The notes beneath the pieces are model-generated. The model had not been told where the DNA came from. It saw only the letters and a list, made by a program, of their open reading frames with translations, and did no database searches. A program made the position numbers and the translations under genes. This document shows positions 59,278-64,000 of a DNA stretch of 64,000 nt, piece after piece (positions within the stretch are counted from its first letter, which is position 1; the number at the start of each line of letters is the position of its first letter). Source of the stretch: an uncultured virus (IMG/VR IMGVR_UViG_3300042898_001580) (Duplodnaviria > Heunggongvirae > Uroviricota > Caudoviricetes > Crassvirales); IMG/VR virus record IMGVR_UViG_3300042898_001580; one strand, given 5' to 3'.

Positions 59278-61607
59278 TATGCTTTAAGTAATTGTTGTCC
59301 TGTTTTTAAATCTGATATTAATGCGGCAAGTCTTTCGCTTGTTATTTTTTGGGCATCTATAAGATTTTGCATTATTGTTTGGTCATATAACACCCCTGCT
59401 GTTGCCCCTGCGTAGGTAGCAAAGGTTGTTCTTGTTAACGTGCCTGTTGGTGTTCCCCATCCGCCTATTGAATAAATCTTTACTATATCATTGTTTTCAG
59501 TCCTAAAGTGTGGGGCTGCATTACCCGCTACTATATCTGCTGAATACATCTGAAAACCATCGCCAAGTGTAATACCTGTTGTTGGTGCTACACCTGTTTT
59601 AAGCGCAAATGTATTAGTGGCGTTAGTTCCGAACTCAGTAGTCGAGCCTGTAAAAAGCCCTATACCAAAATTTGTATTTTCAAAATAAAATGTAAAACTA
59701 CTAATAGCTGAATTACCTAATGTAAATTTTTGACGTGCAGCCGAGCCAAATACAACCTGATTCCAATACGAATATCCGGGTGTAGAACCTGCAACCATTT
59801 GAATAATACGGGTGCTTAAGCTATAAAAGTTGACGTTATCACCTAAAGTAGCAACCCCCGCCCCGTTTCCAAAGGATGTTCCATTGGTTAAGTGCCACCC
59901 ATTAGTACCTGCAAAAGCATAAAAATGCAGGTTGCAAGTATAGCTGTTAGCGTTTGAGCGTAAGGATATATCGCCATTGCCCCGTTGTTCTAACAGGTTA
60001 ATAGAGTTACCGTTATTGCGTACCCGTATTGCAAGGTCGGTACTACTGGTGCCTGGCGATAAAATATCTAACCTTGCACTAGGACTACTTCCTTGGTTTA
60101 AAGACAATCTACCGTTAATAACATCGTAAAAAAGATTAGCATTTTCTTGCAAAACATTGCCTGTTCCTTCAAATAGTAGCCTTCCTACTGTACCTGATGT
60201 TATAGGAGTAGTTCCTACTACTAAAGTAGTAGAGCCTGTTACGTTTAAAGTTGTACCTGTAAAAGAAAGCCCTGTACCAAGAGTAATTTCTTCCATTACC
60301 CCTACACCTGCTGTACTTCTACCTATTAATCTATTTGTGTTTACAGAAGTAGTAATAGTTCCTGTATTAGTTATAGTACCTCCTGATATTAAACCTGCTG
60401 TAGCTATGCTTGTTACTGTGCCTTTGTTATTAAATGTAGTCCAATCTGCACTACTTAGTTTTCCTGTATTAGCAGCACTTGCAACAGGTAGATTAAATGT
60501 ATGTGTAGCTGTTACAGAAGATATATTAAAATCTGTTCCTGTTGTTCCTGTTGCAAAAGTTTGTACCTGTGCAGTTAAACCATTTAAAGCTGTTACGCCT
60601 GTTGAAAAAGTAGTTATTACTTGGCAAAGGTTATTATCTTCTGTGTGTAAAGTTATTGTCCTTCCACTATTATTTACATAAACCCTTATTGCTAATCTAT
60701 CTGTTAATGATAGGGTAGTGGCGGGTACAGCCAATGCAGTAATATATAAGTCTACTGTTGTTCCATTAGTAATTCCTTCGGGGTTTGTAGAACTGCTTGC
60801 TATTAAGGTAAAGGTTGCACCATCCCATTTATATAACTCTACATAAAAAGAGGGCGAGCCTCCATTTGAAGATGCTTGAAAATACATCTCAAAATTCCAA
60901 TTTCCCGCAGGTATATTTAGTTGAGAGGGGTCATTTGCATCTGTTATAAATTGAGATATATAACCATTGGTAGCTATTGTAAAGTTAGTTCCTGCTCCAA
61001 TAACAGGTATTTTACTCATTTGGTAATATGTATTACCACTAAAAGTACCTTGATTAATAGAACCATTTAGGTAATAACTTACAGAAGCCCCTCCACCTGT
61101 TGATGTAGGAAAATTAGCCAAAGAACCATCACCACGAATGTATTGAGATGTAGTACCTGCACCTGTTACAGCTAATGTTCCTGCTGTAGTAATAGGGTTG
61201 CCTGTTACAGCAAAAGCGCTTGGCATTGTTAAATCAACTGAGGTTACTGTGCCTAAACTAGTAGGAAATACCTGTAAAGCTCCTGTACCATCAACATAAT
61301 CAGTAATAGCTCCATTAAACCCTAAATCTATAGCCCCTGCTGTAGTTATAGGATTACCTGTAATAGTTATCGCTGTAGCATTAGAGGTTATGTCTACTGA
61401 TGTAACTGTTCCTGTTCCTCCTGTATTAGTAGCTCCTTTAAAAATCCAATTAGAACCATCTGAGTAATAAAATCCTGCTGGTTTAAAAGGGTAAGTTCTT
61501 CCCTGACCTTTTGTAGACCCATTGACAATAAATACAAGCTTATCTTTATATAAACTTGCAGGTGCTTGTACTATTAAAAAGCTATAATTGTCAAATTGGG
61601 TTTCCAT
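59277..61607 (-). CDS. Tail fibre or spike protein
   Basis: 776 aa, T/G-rich; three GTVTS(V/I) repeats; GKLSSADWTTFNNK; C-terminal coiled coil. Confidence 0.8.
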   Translation of the reverse strand: METQFDNYSFLIVQAPASLYKDKLVFIVNGSTKGQGRTYPFKPAGFYYSDGSNWIFKGATNTGGTGTVTSVDITSNATAITITGNPITTAGAIDLGFNGAITDYVDGTGALQVFPTSLGTVTSVDLTMPSAFAVTGNPITTAGTLAVTGAGTTSQYIRGDGSLANFPTSTGGGASVSYYLNGSINQGTFSGNTYYQMSKIPVIGAGTNFTIATNGYISQFITDANDPSQLNIPAGNWNFEMYFQASSNGGSPSFYVELYKWDGATFTLIASSSTNPEGITNGTTVDLYITALAVPATTLSLTDRLAIRVYVNNSGRTITLHTEDNNLCQVITTFSTGVTALNGLTAQVQTFATGTTGTDFNISSVTATHTFNLPVASAANTGKLSSADWTTFNNKGTVTSIATAGLISGGTITNTGTITTSVNTNRLIGRSTAGVGVMEEITLGTGLSFTGTTLNVTGSTTLVVGTTPITSGTVGRLLFEGTGNVLQENANLFYDVINGRLSLNQGSSPSARLDILSPGTSSTDLAIRVRNNGNSINLLEQRGNGDISLRSNANSYTCNLHFYAFAGTNGWHLTNGTSFGNGAGVATLGDNVNFYSLSTRIIQMVAGSTPGYSYWNQVVFGSAARQKFTLGNSAISSFTFYFENTNFGIGLFTGSTTEFGTNATNTFALKTGVAPTTGITLGDGFQMYSADIVAGNAAPHFRTENNDIVKIYSIGGWGTPTGTLTRTTFATYAGATAGVLYDQTIMQNLIDAQKITSERLAALISDLKTGQQLLKA

Positions 61608-62212
61608 TACATGAATCTAGCTACAGTGTATAACTGTGATTTAAGCCTTCTTTTTCTTGCTACTTTATTACCTTCTCTTGTCGCTTGTCCATAATTATCA
61701 TCAGAAGTATTACCTTCTTGTGTAATTACAGTATTGCCCTTATCTTCATATATAAAACCTACGTGTGCAGGTCTTTTTAAGTTTGCAAAGTATATGCTAA
61801 ATACATCTCCCATAGTAAAAGGAACTAAAGGCTTTCCTTTTTTCCATATTACAAACTTATTATTAGCCCAAGAAGGTGACCAACCTGATACTATGTAATC
61901 TACTTTATACCCTCTTTTAGCTAAGTATTGTAGATTATAAGAAGTATAAGCAGCACACCAAGCATCACCTTTTACTCTATTTACAGAACGAAGAAAAGCC
62001 TCAACTTGAGGCCCATCATTTTTTCCAGTTAATTCTCTGATGTTTAATTGAGTAGTAAATAAACTATCTAATACTTCATAAACATTCTTTTTTGGTTCTA
62101 CTTTAGGTACTACAATCTTAGATGAATCTAAGTTAAAAGAGCTAAGGTTATTAGCAAGAACATTAGAATGTATTTGGAGACCACAAAGAAGGATAATAAG
62201 GTAATTTGCCAT
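61607..62212 (-). CDS. CHAP-domain endolysin with N-terminal signal-like sequence
   Basis: E.TGKNDG, AWCAAY, HVGF, EGNT. Confidence 0.82.
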   Translation of the reverse strand: MANYLIILLCGLQIHSNVLANNLSSFNLDSSKIVVPKVEPKKNVYEVLDSLFTTQLNIRELTGKNDGPQVEAFLRSVNRVKGDAWCAAYTSYNLQYLAKRGYKVDYIVSGWSPSWANNKFVIWKKGKPLVPFTMGDVFSIYFANLKRPAHVGFIYEDKGNTVITQEGNTSDDNYGQATREGNKVARKRRLKSQLYTVARFM

Positions 62213-62517
62213 ACAGGTAATTTAGTATAATCTAATTCTAAAAATGTTTTATATAAATTAGGGTGGTTTAATTTAAAACCAATATACGCTAAACAGTTTA
62301 ATGCTAACCCTATAATTGCTACAAGTACTACTGTTTGTACTACTCCCCAATCCCAACTAGCTGCTGTTGGATCTACCATATACAGTAAATGAGGGCTGTA
62401 ATAAAAACTTACTAAAACTATAGGTAATCCAAATATTTCAGGAAACTGCCTTACAAGTTCTTTGGCTTTCATTACTTGTTCTACTAACCACCAACTAGCT
62501 TTTTCTTTTCTGCTCAT
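62128..62517 (-). CDS. Holin-like membrane protein (about 3 TM)
   Basis: Three hydrophobic segments; next to endolysin; probable start 62517. Confidence 0.6.
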   Translation of the reverse strand: MSRKEKASWWLVEQVMKAKELVRQFPEIFGLPIVLVSFYYSPHLLYMVDPTAASWDWGVVQTVVLVAIIGLALNCLAYIGFKLNHPNLYKTFLELDYTKLPVWQITLLSFFVVSKYILMFLLITLALLT

Positions 62518-62761
62518 TTCTATATTTTTTAATATAAGCTTTAAACTCATCAATAGCCCATTTACCTATTCCACCGAATATTCCACCAACAATAGCATAT
62601 AGAGCGACAAGTAGCACTTTCTGTAAAATTGTTTCTAGGTTAATTTCTTGTTCTTGTGTAACAACATGTTTAACTCCTGCACCTATTCCTACTGTAGCAC
62701 CACAGAGTCTTTCAAAGTTTTCGTGGATATATATACTTATTTCGTCAAGTAAATGTTTCAT
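62495..62761 (-). CDS. Holin-like small membrane protein
   Basis: Hydrophobic segments with GxxxG and basic C-terminus. Confidence 0.6.
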   Translation of the reverse strand: MKHLLDEISIYIHENFERLCGATVGIGAGVKHVVTQEQEINLETILQKVLLVALYAIVGGIFGGIGKWAIDEFKAYIKKYRNEQKRKS

Positions 62762-62779
62762 TACATTAATTATTTTTGG

Positions 62780-63424
62780 TTAGATTGCTGTTACTGTTAA
62801 TGTACCTCCATTAGCTACAGTAACTCTGTATCTAGTAGCATCAGGACTTTCTAATATAAGCCCATTGGTGTTTCCTATTACTTCTATATCTCCATCATCT
62901 AATGTTAATAATGAAGTAGGAGCAGCTGTACCTATACCTACATTTCCATCAGCTTTAACTACTAATTTATTGTTGTATATATTTACATCTTCATTTAAAT
63001 ATATGTTTCCTGTTACAACTCCTGCTGCAAATGTTCTAATATCTATATCACTGCCGCCTCCAAAATACTCTGCGTAATTATCTGGATCTTCAGATGTTTT
63101 TAAACTAATCTGATTAGTTGCTCCGCTTAATCCTAACATTAATATATTGTTACTTTTAGCCACAAACGGTTGTGCATCTGTAGTACCAATAAAGTTAGTA
63201 GTATAATCAGTTCCTGCATTACCTGTTAGTCCCCAACCACCGCTTGAAGATATTACTCCTAAAGATACAAGAGCATTAATATAATCTGTAGAACTAGTAA
63301 CCCATTCTTGTTCAGTTCTTGGATCTCTTAGAATTATCTGTACATCTGAACCTATAGTTTCTATAGTATTCTGAGTTTGTACCTGGGTTACCCCATTCCA
63401 TTTAATACCTGACTTATTTCCCAT
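62780..63424 (-). CDS. Tail fibre-like structural protein
   Basis: WGLTGNAGT...NFIGTTD, GNVGIGTAAP, LESPDATRYRVTV. Confidence 0.7.
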   Translation of the reverse strand: MGNKSGIKWNGVTQVQTQNTIETIGSDVQIILRDPRTEQEWVTSSTDYINALVSLGVISSSGGWGLTGNAGTDYTTNFIGTTDAQPFVAKSNNILMLGLSGATNQISLKTSEDPDNYAEYFGGGSDIDIRTFAAGVVTGNIYLNEDVNIYNNKLVVKADGNVGIGTAAPTSLLTLDDGDIEVIGNTNGLILESPDATRYRVTVANGGTLTVTAI

Positions 63425-63762
63425 TATACGTAGTAAGTTATTTTGATTGAGCTTGTACCACCTGTAACTTCAATTATTGAAAACTTAGATATTGCTACTG
63501 AACCTACTATTTCTAGTATTTGAGTATTAGCTAATAAATGCCCTACAGTTGTAGTTGCTGTAGTTCCATCTAAAGTGTATCTAAGAGTTACACCTGTTTC
63601 TACAGTAATATGAGCTGCTACAGCTCCTTCAGGTATATCAGGTAAGCTTTTTGCTGTTCCTGTTACTGCTAAAGATTTATATAATGTTGGTACTAGTTGT
63701 TTACCTAGTAATGTGATTAGTGATACTAATCCTTGTGAGTTACCTCCTAGCTGCAATTGCAT
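63424..63762 (-). CDS. Structural hypothetical protein
   Basis: LRYTLDGTTAT...GHLL beta-rich ORF in tail module. Confidence 0.65.
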   Translation of the reverse strand: MQLQLGGNSQGLVSLITLLGKQLVPTLYKSLAVTGTAKSLPDIPEGAVAAHITVETGVTLRYTLDGTTATTTVGHLLANTQILEIVGSVAISKFSIIEVTGGTSSIKITYYV

Positions 63763-63998
63763 TCTCCTGTTAGTTTTTTAGCGTGATTAATAATTGCACA
63801 TACTTGTTCTTGCGTTATGCAATTCCATATATCTAATATATGTTCATACGAATCTTCCATATTTGTAGTTACAGTAATATCTTCAGATTCTGTTACAGTT
63901 GTAGTAGTACCAAAACCAAGAGAAGTATCGTAACTATAAATATACAATGCTCCTTGATGGGTAAATCCTTCAAACGCATAAGTAGTATTTGCTAGTAT
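63747..63998 (-). CDS. Structural protein, 5'-truncated by window edge
   Basis: Frame stays open to the window end; Cys-rich C-terminus (CITQEQVC...CNCS). Confidence 0.6.
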   Translation of the reverse strand: MLANTTYAFEGFTHQGALYIYSYDTSLGFGTTTTVTESEDITVTTNMEDSYEHILDIWNCITQEQVCAIINHAKKLTGECNCS

Positions 63999-64000
63999 TT

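Noticed and set aside
28844..63077. Many + strand ORFs overlapping the structural genes, and - strand ORFs within the replication module (e.g. 10566, 13106, 17276, 18775)
   Set aside because: They are antisense shadow frames of real genes, rich in S/L/F and without recognisable motifs.
59277..63424. Tail fibre genes as remote DGR targets
   Set aside because: I saw no match to TR1 or TR2 by eye. An adenine-tolerant search of the whole genome is needed to exclude remote VRs.
1..64000. Genome-wide stop codon reassignment (TGA=Trp or TAG=Gln), known in some crAss-like phages
   Set aside because: ORFs up to 3766 aa are open under code 11, and TGA and TAG end many genes with normal stop-start coupling. 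The RT TGA is an isolated case.
1..64000. tRNA genes, including a suppressor for the RT TGA
   Set aside because: No cloverleaf was recognised in the few intergenic gaps. One could lie outside the window; tRNAscan-SE on the full genome would settle it.

Overview
This is a 64-kb slice of an AT-rich, crAss-like (Crassvirales-type, probably Bacteroidetes-infecting) phage genome read with the standard code 11. It has two convergent modules meeting at a bidirectional terminator near 28.2 kb. The + strand (1-28.15 kb) is the replication and early module: family B DNA polymerase, SF2 helicase, DnaB-like helicase, AAA ATPase, SSB-like protein, primase, RIIA/RIIB, PD-(D/E)XK nuclease, uracil-DNA glycosylase and many small hypothetical proteins. 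The - strand (28.2-64 kb) carries the virion and lysis genes: a 3766-aa virion RNA polymerase with a DFDID motif, cargo proteins, tail stabiliser and ring proteins, an IHF-like protein, a metallophosphoesterase, a tail fibre, a CHAP endolysin and holin-like proteins. The main finding is a diversity-generating retroelement (DGR) at 5060-7275 with an unusual layout: target1(VR1)-TR1-RT-target2(VR2)-TR2. One reverse transcriptase sits between two different template repeats, each matching its own paralogous non-structural target with mismatches only at adenines. Each template is enclosed in an identically spaced structured-RNA scaffold. No avd gene is visible, and the RT has an in-frame TGA at a conserved Trp. 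Other mobile elements are a group I intron in the SF2 helicase carrying an antisense GIY-YIG endonuclease, a free-standing LAGLIDADG endonuclease next to polB with a possible polA relic, and a tnpA-less TnpB. All family assignments come from motifs recognised by eye; no database search was run.
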